A stretch of 32,000 nucleotides of DNA from Haloferax volcanii DS2 (GTDB lineage Archaea > Halobacteriota > Halobacteria > Halobacteriales > Haloferacaceae): positions 540,001 to 572,000 of the forward strand of contig NC_013967.1 in assembly GCF_000025685.1 (NCBI RefSeq), in the 5' to 3' direction. Below, piece by piece: positions 8,351 to 16,292 of this stretch (positions within the stretch are counted from its first letter, which is position 1; each line of letters starts with the position of its first letter). The notes beneath the pieces are model-generated. The model saw nothing but the letters and a program-made list of their open reading frames with translations, did not search any database and was not told the DNA's origin. Position numbers and translations under genes: made by a program.

Positions 8351-10266
8351 ATCAGGCCCACCCCGGCGTAGACGAGGTAGCACGCGACGACGAGCGCGGC
8401 GGAGTGGAGCAACGCCTCGTACCGACCGCGGCTCGCCGTGCCGGCGAACCAGCCGGAGGCGAGCATCGTCGCCTGCGTGACGACGTACATCCGGTAGCGG
8501 TCGCGTTCGAGGTCGACCGCGCCGGCGTTGATGGCGAACGACCTGCCGGTCGAGAGCGTCGAAAGCTGGGCGAAGCCGTCGAAGACGTGGACGTTGACGG
8601 CGACGGTGATTCCGACGACGAGGAGCGCGGTCGTCCAGCCGACCGCGACGTAGACGAGCAGCCCCGAGCGGAGCGCGCGCTTTTCGTGGTAGAGGCGGCC
8701 GATTTCGGTCTGGAGCGTGTCGAAGACGGTCCCGGTATCGCTGCCGCCGTCGAGCGCGCCGACGACGAGGCCGATGGTCTGTTCGGCCATGGGCGTCCCG
8801 ACGCGGTCGACGAACCGCGCCAACGCGGCCGTCCGGAGGTTCACGTCGGTGCCGGAGCTTGGCGCGGTAAAGCGGAGGTTGAGCGCGAGGTCGGCGACGT
8901 CCGCGTCGAGCGGGCCGAGGTCAACGTCGCGGCCGACGCGCTCGACCGCCTCACCGAAGGGTCGACCGAGGTTGACGTGACCGGAGACGGCGTGGACGAA
9001 ATCCTTCAGTTCGCGGTCCTTCGCGTCGTCCAGACGGGCGCGGCGGACGCCGACGAGTCCGACCGGGGCCGCGTAGGCGACGTAGCCGGCGAGTGCGACT
9101 CCCACGGCGTCGGCACCGACGAACGCGGCGACGCCGGCCACGACGAGCCCCGAGAAGACGAAGACGGCGGCCGCGCTGGCCGGGTTCGACAGCGTCGAGT
9201 CGAGGACGCGGAGCGCGCCGGCCGGCCGGTCGTACTCGACGGACTGGTCCGGGGGTCGGAGTCCGGCGACGAGCACGCTCGCGCCCAGCCCGACGCCGAC
9301 GATGAACGCGGCGCTCGAATAGACGACGACGCCGCGCGTGGTCGTCTGGCCGAGCGGCGTGGCAACCGGCGCGGAGAGGCCGGGCGCGATGACGCTCATC
9401 ACCGTGAGGACGATGACGAGCAACGAGGGGAGGACGAGCAGGACGATGAACAGTTCGGCGAGCAGTTCGAGGAAGCCCTCGGCGCGCTCGCGGGCGCGGT
9501 CCTGTCGGTGGCCGAGCATCCGGCTCTCCATCCGCAGGTAGTTCCGGAGCGCGTCGCTGCCCTGTCCGGCGTGTTCGCGGAACTTCAGGAGAAACGGCGC
9601 GAGCATCCCCTCGGAGGGCGTGTCGCGGGCGACGCGCCGCAGGCCCTCGTTCACGTTGCCGGTCAGCGAGGCGGTGTTGAGAACGCTCCGGAAGGCGATT
9701 GCCGTCTCGCCGTAGGCGTCGGTTTCAGCGACGCGGCGGAGCATCCCGCGAGGGCCGTCGCTCCCCGACGAGAGGACGTGCAGGTAGCGGACCGCGCCGG
9801 GCAGCGTTCGCTCGATGTTCTCTCGCCGCGCGGTCGCCAGCCAGCCGAGGTACTGCCCGGCGACGGCGAGGACGACACGCCGCGTCGCGACCGCGACCGC
9901 GAGTGCGAACGCCCCGACCACCGGAAGCCGCGGAACCACGGGTATCGGGACGTGTTCGAAAAGCGGGAGCGCCGCCCGAAGAACGTCGAGTACGGCGTCG
10001 ACCGTCGAATCCGGAACCGCGAGCGCGACGAGCGCCGTCGGGAACGCGACGAACAGACCGGTCGCCCACGCGAGGCCGTAGGCGCGGGCGAGATAGAGGT
10101 CGAAGCTCATCCGCATGTCGGTGCCGCGGTAGCGGCGGCGGTCCCGGTCGTGTCGCCCGGCGTCGACGTGGCGGGCGAACAGCGCGTACAGCGCCCTGTC
10201 GAGGACCGAAAGCGAGCGGACGCGGCCGACCCGTCGCTCGTCGGCTCCGGCGTCGAACTCGGTCAC
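8347..10266 (-). CDS. pilC: Type IV pilus/archaellum-type platform membrane protein (PilC/FlaJ/TadC, T2SS-F family)
   Basis: The track gives a 949-aa ORF (8347-11196), but its first ~310 codons are Arg/Pro-rich and overlap the ATPase gene in another frame. GTG at 10264-10266 overlaps the pilB stop (GTGA) and gives 639 aa. The product has two repeated cytoplasmic-domain-plus-TM-bundle halves, typical of the family. Confidence 0.88.
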   Translation of the reverse strand: MTEFDAGADERRVGRVRSLSVLDRALYALFARHVDAGRHDRDRRRYRGTDMRMSFDLYLARAYGLAWATGLFVAFPTALVALAVPDSTVDAVLDVLRAALPLFEHVPIPVVPRLPVVGAFALAVAVATRRVVLAVAGQYLGWLATARRENIERTLPGAVRYLHVLSSGSDGPRGMLRRVAETDAYGETAIAFRSVLNTASLTGNVNEGLRRVARDTPSEGMLAPFLLKFREHAGQGSDALRNYLRMESRMLGHRQDRARERAEGFLELLAELFIVLLVLPSLLVIVLTVMSVIAPGLSAPVATPLGQTTTRGVVVYSSAAFIVGVGLGASVLVAGLRPPDQSVEYDRPAGALRVLDSTLSNPASAAAVFVFSGLVVAGVAAFVGADAVGVALAGYVAYAAPVGLVGVRRARLDDAKDRELKDFVHAVSGHVNLGRPFGEAVERVGRDVDLGPLDADVADLALNLRFTAPSSGTDVNLRTAALARFVDRVGTPMAEQTIGLVVGALDGGSDTGTVFDTLQTEIGRLYHEKRALRSGLLVYVAVGWTTALLVVGITVAVNVHVFDGFAQLSTLSTGRSFAINAGAVDLERDRYRMYVVTQATMLASGWFAGTASRGRYEALLHSAALVVACYLVYAGVGLI

Positions 10267-12629
10267 GGGTCGGCCTCGTCGTCGCGGTCGCGGTGGTGGG
10301 TGTGGTCGTCCACCCCGCCTCGGGCGGCGCTGTCTCCGTCGGCCGAATCCCGCTCGGCCATCCGCCGGCGGACGCGCTCGACCGTCGCGGCCTCGTCGGT
10401 CCGGAGGTCCGAGAGGAAGCCGAACAGCCGGTCCACGTCGGTTATCTGCTCGCGGACGAGGTACTCCACGTAGCGATGTTTTCGGTGGAACTCGCGCTCG
10501 ACGGCCTCCACGTCGCGGTCGGTGGCCTCGGCGATGCGGTGGAACAGTCGGACGCCGACGCGCCGGTGGTCGTCGCCCAGCTGCGGGTGTTCGTACGAGA
10601 GATCGAACGAGCCGTCCGGGGTCCGGCGGCCGACCGTGTTCCAGTGGAGCGTGCGCCCGTCCTTCTCGATGACGCCGCGTCGACCCCACGTTTCGTCGTA
10701 CTCGGACTCGGGGACGAGTTCGACGACCTCGGAGACGTACCGCTCGCCGTCGACTTTGTGCGGGAAGACGACGAGGTCGAGTTCGCGGAGGAGGTACGGC
10801 GGGAGCCCCTGTTCGATGACGCGGTTGACGAGCGTCTCGATGTCGGCGGCGTGGGTCGTACCGATGACGCCGTGGCCGGTGTTGAGCGTCTCGGCGAAGG
10901 TGGCGAACGACTCGGGCGTGTTGATTTCGGCGATGACCTCCACGTCGGGGTTGAGGTAGTTCGCCTCCGTCATCAGGTCGGCCATCGTGACGCGCTTGAA
11001 CTCGGACTCGTGGTCGCGGGTCGTCAACGAAACGCCCGTCTCGTGGGGGAGATGGACCTCCCGGGAGCCCTCGTCGATGCTGATGGGCCGGTGGTCGTAG
11101 GGGACGAACGGCATGTGCGCGTTCATCAGCGTGGTTTTGCCGACGCCGGTCGCGCCGGAAAAGAGGACGACGCGGTGGTGTTCGTAACAGAGCCACAGCA
11201 GCGTGACGAGTTCGGTCGAGACCGACCCGCTTTCGACGAGGTCGACCGGCGTGAGCACGTCGCCGGTCTGCTTGCGAATCGAGACGTGCGGGCCGCCCTC
11301 GGAGATGACGGGGAGGGCGACGGCGCAGCGAATCGTCTCGTCGGTGTCGGCCGACGCGGGGTCGCCGCCGACCGCGCCGGGTCGGAGGTTCACCTTCGCG
11401 CTCGGGTTCGAGGCGTTCAGCTCCACGCCGTCGGCGGCGGCGAGTTGGGTCACGACGTTCGTGAACTCGGTCTCGTCTTCGAAGACGAGGTTCGTCGGCA
11501 CCCGCAGGCCGCCGTGGCCGGTCACGTCCGCCCGCGGAATGACTTTGATTCGTTCGCCGACACGGTTCGCTTCCACGTCTTCGAGATGGGGGTCACGGAT
11601 GGGAACGGTGAGGACGCCCTCGCCGACGTAGTCGCGGAGGACGTAGTAGACGAGGTCGTCGAGACGGTCCTCGGCGAACCGGCGGTCGACCGGCGGGAGC
11701 GCGAGACCGTACTCCGAGAGCGCGGCGCGGACCCGGAAGCTCGTGGCGTCGACCCACGCTCGGGTGTTGCGGGCGGTGAGCCGCCGCGAGAGGAACTCGC
11801 GGGCCCGGTCGCGGACGAACTCGATGCGGTCGGCGACCACGTCGTTGACGTTCGCCTCCCAGATTCGCTCTTTGCACTCCTCGATGAGTTCGGCGTCGCC
11901 GGGAACCAGGTCCGGTTCGAGGACGGCGTACTTCGTGGCGAAGCGGTCGTCGCCGAGGAGTCGGTCGCGGTAGATTACCACGTCCACGTCGTAGCCGGCG
12001 AAGGGGACGGTGTAGTGGTCGATTCGCTCGGCGGCGATGCGGTCGGCGAACGACACGTCGGAGTCGAACGTCGTCGTCGCCGGCGCGAAGTCCTCGGTGT
12101 GGACGACGAGTCGCTCGGAGCCGTCGCCGCGGCCGGCGTCGACGACTTCGATTCTATCGTCGAGCGCCAGCGGTGTGACTGCACCGAGGAGCCGAAGTTC
12201 GGACAGCGCGTGGCGCTCGACGCGTCTCCGGGCGGTCGGCGTCAGGTCGAGCAGCCGGTCGAAGATACGGCGGTACTTCGGTGAGAGTCCGGTCTCTGCG
12301 CGGCTGACCGCGCCCTCGCGGGTGAGCGGTCGCCGGCGGACGACCGTCGAAAAGTGGTCGCGGACGGTCTCCAGCGCGTCGGTCTCGCGCGCGCCGAGCG
12401 TCGCTTCTCGCACCGCGTAGTCGAAACCGTGGTCCGCGTCGCTGATGGTGACGACGGTATCGGGGGCGACTTCGTACTGCGAGCGGACGGTCGGCGCGTA
12501 CCACGCGCGAGGGTCGTCCGGGGGGACGGGTGCCGGGACTGCACCTGCCGCCCCGGAAGTCGAGGATGCACCGAATTCGAGAGTCGGGGTGGGCGACTCC
12601 GACCCGGCGTTATCGCCTTGGGTAGGCAT
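10263..12629 (-). CDS. pilB: Type II/IV secretion-family ATPase (PilB/FlaI-like)
   Basis: 788 aa. Walker A FSGATGVGKTT (nt 11130-11156). Asp/Glu box NPDVEVIAEINTPES. His box TGHGVIGTTHA. Long N-terminal domain and acidic C-terminal tail. ATG at 12627-12629. Confidence 0.92.
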   Translation of the reverse strand: MPTQGDNAGSESPTPTLEFGASSTSGAAGAVPAPVPPDDPRAWYAPTVRSQYEVAPDTVVTISDADHGFDYAVREATLGARETDALETVRDHFSTVVRRRPLTREGAVSRAETGLSPKYRRIFDRLLDLTPTARRRVERHALSELRLLGAVTPLALDDRIEVVDAGRGDGSERLVVHTEDFAPATTTFDSDVSFADRIAAERIDHYTVPFAGYDVDVVIYRDRLLGDDRFATKYAVLEPDLVPGDAELIEECKERIWEANVNDVVADRIEFVRDRAREFLSRRLTARNTRAWVDATSFRVRAALSEYGLALPPVDRRFAEDRLDDLVYYVLRDYVGEGVLTVPIRDPHLEDVEANRVGERIKVIPRADVTGHGGLRVPTNLVFEDETEFTNVVTQLAAADGVELNASNPSAKVNLRPGAVGGDPASADTDETIRCAVALPVISEGGPHVSIRKQTGDVLTPVDLVESGSVSTELVTLLWLCYEHHRVVLFSGATGVGKTTLMNAHMPFVPYDHRPISIDEGSREVHLPHETGVSLTTRDHESEFKRVTMADLMTEANYLNPDVEVIAEINTPESFATFAETLNTGHGVIGTTHAADIETLVNRVIEQGLPPYLLRELDLVVFPHKVDGERYVSEVVELVPESEYDETWGRRGVIEKDGRTLHWNTVGRRTPDGSFDLSYEHPQLGDDHRRVGVRLFHRIAEATDRDVEAVEREFHRKHRYVEYLVREQITDVDRLFGFLSDLRTDEAATVERVRRRMAERDSADGDSAARGGVDDHTHHRDRDDEADP

Positions 12630-12653
12630 ATACCGTGCTTTGCTGAGTATTCG

Positions 12654-12660
12654 TATTTAA
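12654..12660 (-). promoter_or_regulatory. TATA-like box TTAAATA for the pilB-led operon
   Basis: Lies 25-31 nt upstream of the pilB ATG on the minus strand. It is the only obvious promoter element for the seven overlapping genes. Confidence 0.5.
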
Positions 12661-12696
12661 GAATTTACTGCGTCGTGGCACAGAGATGAAGTTTTA

Positions 12697-12742
12697 TGGA
12701 ATCGAATATCTCGGCGGTTTCCGGCGCTCTCCGTCGATTCCA
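12697..12742. repeat. 9-bp perfect inverted repeat TGGAATCGA ... TCGATTCCA (28-nt spacer) upstream of the pil promoter
   Basis: Arms at 12697-12705 and 12734-12742. A related TGGAATCTCGG lies at 12807-12817. Candidate operator or structured element, or part of the 3' end of the kinase transcript. Confidence 0.4.
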
Positions 12743-12850
12743 GCGTTTCGAATCCCGCGATACCAGTTGGTTAATTGACTTGTCTCAGCGAGTGTAGTTA
12801 TCAAAATTGGAATCTCGGTCGGGTGGAGTCTGGGTGCTCTCGGACTCGGA

Positions 12851-14638
12851 TCACTCGCTTCGAACCGCCTGGATGCGAAGCACCACTTCGGTCCCGCCCT
12901 CCTCGCGGCGATGGAACACGACCGTCCCGCCGAGCTGGTCGACGCCCCACTTCACCAGCCAGAGGCCGAGGCCGCTCGCGTGTCGAAGTTGCGTCTCGCC
13001 GTGGGCGTCGATGGCGGCGAGTTCGCTCGCGTTGATGCCGGGGCCGTTGTCCTCGATTCGAATCACGAGTTCGTCGTCCTCCCAGCCCGCCGTCACGGAG
13101 ACGACCGGCGTCGACGACCCGTTGTGTTGGACGCCGTTTTCGACGAGTTCGCGGACGATTGGTTCGAGCGTGGGCGCACAGACCACGTCGCGGTCGGGGA
13201 GTTCGACGAGTCGGACGTTCGCACAGGCGAAGTCGGTGCGGACGGCGTCCGCGGCGGCGCGTATCTGGACGGCCGCGGGGTGCAGTTGCACGTCGCCGTT
13301 CCCGTCGCTGCCGCGGGTCACACCGAGCTTTCGCGCTTTCTGGCTGATGTTGACGAGCGTTTTCGCGTGGTCTTGGAGCGTCTTCGCGTGGTCCCGCGCG
13401 TCGTCGAACTCGCCGCCGTCGATGTCGTCCAAGACGAGGTTGGCGTAGCCTTCGAGGAGGTTCGCTTCGGTCCGAAGATTGTGGCGGAGGACGCGGTTCA
13501 TCACTTCGAGCTGTTGGAGGTTCAGCCGGCGGTCGGTCACGTCGCGGAAGACGAGCGCGTGGCCGATGTCGCGGCCGTGGTGGTCGCAGAAGGCGCTCGT
13601 CCGGAGTTCGAAGTACCGCTGGCTCGACCCGAGTCTGACCGTGACTTGGTCCGTGTCCCGCTGGTCGGGCGAGAACTCATCGATAACGTCGCCGACGGGG
13701 CGGCCTTTGAGCTCGTCCGCGGTGTCGTTCAGAACCCGCGCGGCCGCCCGGTTCACGTCGGTGACGCGCCACTTGGTGTCGGTGACGACCACCGCGTCGG
13801 CCATCGTCTCGACGACGCGCTCGCGGGCGACCCAGCGGGGGACCGGTCGGGATTCGAGGAGCTCGTAGCGGCTGATAGCGACGGTGCAGGCGAGCCCCGC
13901 AAACGTGAACGCCGCGGGCGTCATGTCGATTGCCGCGCCGTACAGTTCGAGGAGCGTCGTGGCGAAGTTCCCGAGCACGGGCATCAGCGTCCCGAGGACG
14001 AGCGTGATCGCCTGTAACCGGTAGATGTCCGGCATATCGAGCGCCGTTCGGAGGATAACGACCGCGCCAGCGAGCCACAGCAGATAGCTGTATCCCAGTA
14101 CGACCCAGTACAGCGGCCCCCACTCCATCTGGAGGATGGTGATGGCCCGGCCGACCGCGGGAACGACGGTGACTGACGTCCACATCAGGTGGTGGAGAGA
14201 GTTGGTCCAGACGGCGCCGAGGCCGATTACCGGGAGCACCGAGAGGACGCAAAGCGACGGCCGAGCGGTGAATCGGTCCCGGCCGGCGTAGGAGAACGCG
14301 AAGAAGAACCAGGCGATGGGTGCCACGAGCACGCCGACCCACTGGAGGTCAGCGAGCGTGAGCTTGAGTGCCACGTCCGCGACGATGAGTTCGAGGAGGT
14401 AGCCCGACGACCACCACCCGCTGGCGAGGGCGAGCACGCCCAGCCCGATAGCCCCGGGCATCGACCGCCGTTGCCACGCGAACAGGGCGACGTAGCCGCT
14501 TACGACGCCGGACGTGACCATCAGCCCGATGATGATGACCACGAGGGAAACCGGCTGCGTGAGTAGCTGGGGACCGACCGCACCTCCGAACACCAACTGT
14601 TCGACGGCCCTCCACTCGATGTTCGGAGTCACTACCAC
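12851..14638 (-). CDS. Membrane sensor histidine kinase (N-terminal 7TM sensor, PAS, HisKA-like H-box, HATPase_c)
   Basis: 595 aa. Seven hydrophobic segments in the first ~215 aa. PAS region (VVVTDTKWRVTDVNRAAARVL...). H-box NRVLRHNLRTEAN. ATP-binding motifs ELVENGVQHN, DNGPGI, GLGLWLVKW. The start is GTG 14636-14638; a downstream start is possible because a TATA-like TATAATTA (minus strand) abuts it. Confidence 0.88.
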   Translation of the reverse strand: MVVTPNIEWRAVEQLVFGGAVGPQLLTQPVSLVVIIIGLMVTSGVVSGYVALFAWQRRSMPGAIGLGVLALASGWWSSGYLLELIVADVALKLTLADLQWVGVLVAPIAWFFFAFSYAGRDRFTARPSLCVLSVLPVIGLGAVWTNSLHHLMWTSVTVVPAVGRAITILQMEWGPLYWVVLGYSYLLWLAGAVVILRTALDMPDIYRLQAITLVLGTLMPVLGNFATTLLELYGAAIDMTPAAFTFAGLACTVAISRYELLESRPVPRWVARERVVETMADAVVVTDTKWRVTDVNRAAARVLNDTADELKGRPVGDVIDEFSPDQRDTDQVTVRLGSSQRYFELRTSAFCDHHGRDIGHALVFRDVTDRRLNLQQLEVMNRVLRHNLRTEANLLEGYANLVLDDIDGGEFDDARDHAKTLQDHAKTLVNISQKARKLGVTRGSDGNGDVQLHPAAVQIRAAADAVRTDFACANVRLVELPDRDVVCAPTLEPIVRELVENGVQHNGSSTPVVSVTAGWEDDELVIRIEDNGPGINASELAAIDAHGETQLRHASGLGLWLVKWGVDQLGGTVVFHRREEGGTEVVLRIQAVRSE

Positions 14639-14746
14639 GGTAATTATACACCATATGTCAAAAGAGTATTCAAGAACCGGGTCCGACTGTCCCGGCCCGG
14701 GTCCGACTCCGCGCCGGTCTCGGGTGTCCCGTCTCCGACCGACGCG

Positions 14747-15640
14747 TTACGCGAGCGTACCGCCGGTTCCGACGGCCGCGGCGACGACCGCGACGCCGAC
14801 GGCCATCAGCACACCCTCCGCGTCGCGGAGCGTACAGAGCCGCTCGATCGACCGGTCCGTCTCGGTGAGCGCGTACGTAATCCACGTCGAGTAGGCGACG
14901 GCGGGCAAGAGCGCGAACGGGGCCCACGCGGGGACCACACCGGCTCGCGCCGCGACCCACACGAGTCCGACCGAGACCAGTTCCAGCGCGTAGAGGCTCA
15001 GTTGCGTCCGGCGGACGCCGATAACCGTCGGCAGGGTCTCGACGCCGTTCTGCGCGTCGCCCGCCACGTCTCGGACGTTGTGGACCTCGACCGAGATGGC
15101 CGAACGGAGGAAGAACCAGACCGCCGCGACGGCCGCGCCCGCTGCGTACTCGGGCGCGGTCGCGGCGACCGCGAGCGGGGCGAAGCCGACGAGGACCGCC
15201 CACGCGAGCGACACCGACGCCGTGTTGACGAGGAAGATATCCTTGAGCCGGTCGACGGACGGAAGCGGGACGACCGGGGCGCTGTAAAACACCGCGACGA
15301 CGCCCGGAAACAGCGTCAGCCCGAGTCCGTAGACGCCGCCGTGCCGGACGGCGAGCCAGAGCGCGCCGACGACTGCGAGCGTCGAGAAGCCGGCGTACAG
15401 CCGCGGGTGGGCGGCGACGAACGCGGTCCGCTCCGCGTAGTTCTCTTCGTCGGCGTCGAGGTCCGCTAGTTTGTCGAAGTTGTAGATGCCGACGGTGATG
15501 AGAAAGCCGACGGCGAGGGCGACGTTCGGCCCGATACCGGCGAGCGCGGACGCGACGAACACCTCGGCGATGGTGGACGCACCGAGGAACACTGAGCTGT
15601 GCACGACCGCACCGTACAGGCGAGTTGGAACGATTCGCAT
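14747..15640 (-). CDS. UbiA-family prenyltransferase
   Basis: 297 aa with 8-9 TM helices. Two Asp-rich motifs: YNFDKLADLDADEEN and NVRDVAGDAQNG. Confidence 0.85.
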   Translation of the reverse strand: MRIVPTRLYGAVVHSSVFLGASTIAEVFVASALAGIGPNVALAVGFLITVGIYNFDKLADLDADEENYAERTAFVAAHPRLYAGFSTLAVVGALWLAVRHGGVYGLGLTLFPGVVAVFYSAPVVPLPSVDRLKDIFLVNTASVSLAWAVLVGFAPLAVAATAPEYAAGAAVAAVWFFLRSAISVEVHNVRDVAGDAQNGVETLPTVIGVRRTQLSLYALELVSVGLVWVAARAGVVPAWAPFALLPAVAYSTWITYALTETDRSIERLCTLRDAEGVLMAVGVAVVAAAVGTGGTLA

Positions 15641-15766
15641 TGCGCCTTTGAATCGTCCCGCCGACGAATTAGATGTGCGGCAGGCAACAGTTCACCCCGG
15701 TTGTTCGTTTCGCGGTCGAACGTGTTCGGGGCCTCGCTCATTCTCTCCCGGCGCGTATGAGGACGC

Positions 15767-16195
15767 ATGAAGATACCGACAGCCGAGCGGGCGGAGACGG
15801 CGGCGACAGGAGAGACGGCGGCGACAGCCGAGCGAGTGGAGACGACCGTCGAGGTCAAACTGACCGGCCACGTCAGGTCGGCTGCGGGCACCCACCGGAC
15901 GGAGTTCACCTTCGAGGGCGAGACGCTCCGGGCGTTCCTTGAGGCGTTCTTCGCGGCGTACGACGTGCGCGACCTGGTCATCGCCGAGCGCGAGGCGGAC
16001 GCGACGACGCGGGGGTGGGCGCGGGTGGACCGGCCGCCGGGGACGTGGCGGAAGAACCCCGAAGGCGAGCAGACGCAACCCTACGCCCGCGTGCTCGTCA
16101 ACGGCGTGTTCAACGAGAACCTCGACGGCTTCGACACGCGACTCGAAGACGGCGACCGCGTCGCGCTGATGAAGCCGTTTCTGTACTGTGTGTGA
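15767..16195 (+). CDS. MoaD/ThiS/SAMP-like beta-grasp protein lacking a C-terminal Gly-Gly
   Basis: 142 aa. The pattern VEVKLTGHVRSAAG...FEGETLRAFLEAF...RVLVNG...LEDGDRVALMKPF resembles MoaD-type ubiquitin-like folds, but it ends in FLYCV*. An alternative in-frame GTG start at 15836 would remove the repeat-containing extension. Confidence 0.6.
   Translation: MKIPTAERAETAATGETAATAERVETTVEVKLTGHVRSAAGTHRTEFTFEGETLRAFLEAFFAAYDVRDLVIAEREADATTRGWARVDRPPGTWRKNPEGEQTQPYARVLVNGVFNENLDGFDTRLEDGDRVALMKPFLYCV
15794..15827 (+). repeat. In-frame tandem duplication GAGACGGCGGCGACAG x2 (18-bp period)
   Basis: Exact 16-mers at 15794-15809 and 15812-15827. They encode ETAATG/ETAATA in the N-terminal extension of the beta-grasp ORF. 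Confidence 0.9.
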
Positions 16196-16292
16196 GCGGT
16201 GGTCCCCGTGAGGGGGCCTTCGGACGTGGCCGCGGGTCGTCCTGATGCCCGACCGCCACAGGACTAACGTCCGCTGCCGACAGAGGGGAGGT

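Noticed and set aside
8347-11196. 949-aa ORF that would make a giant PilC-like protein
   Set aside because: Its first ~310 codons are Arg/Pro/Gly-rich low-complexity sequence. They overlap, in another frame, the well-supported ATPase gene (Walker A at 11130-11156). A GTG at 10264-10266 overlapping the ATPase stop gives a normal 639-aa platform protein.
9699-12284. Very long antisense or alternative-frame ORFs. Examples: 9699-12284 (+, 861 aa), 8404-10473 (+), 6492-8072 (+), 5323-6729 (+), 1611-2882 (-), 20899-22950 (-), 23632-24867 (-), 19375-20733 (-), 29197-30432 (+)
   Set aside because: These are typical shadow ORFs of high-GC DNA. Their translations are dominated by R, P, G, A, D and E runs and have no motifs. 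Each lies opposite or out of frame to a gene with clear family signatures.
12747-12765. TTCGAATCCCGCGATACCA, resembling a tRNA T-loop, T-stem and acceptor end with CCA
   Set aside because: No complementary T-stem 5' half (AGCGT instead of GCGGG), acceptor 5' strand, anticodon arm or D arm can be drawn from the upstream sequence. It is not a tRNA gene, and it is kept only as a weak att-like remnant idea.
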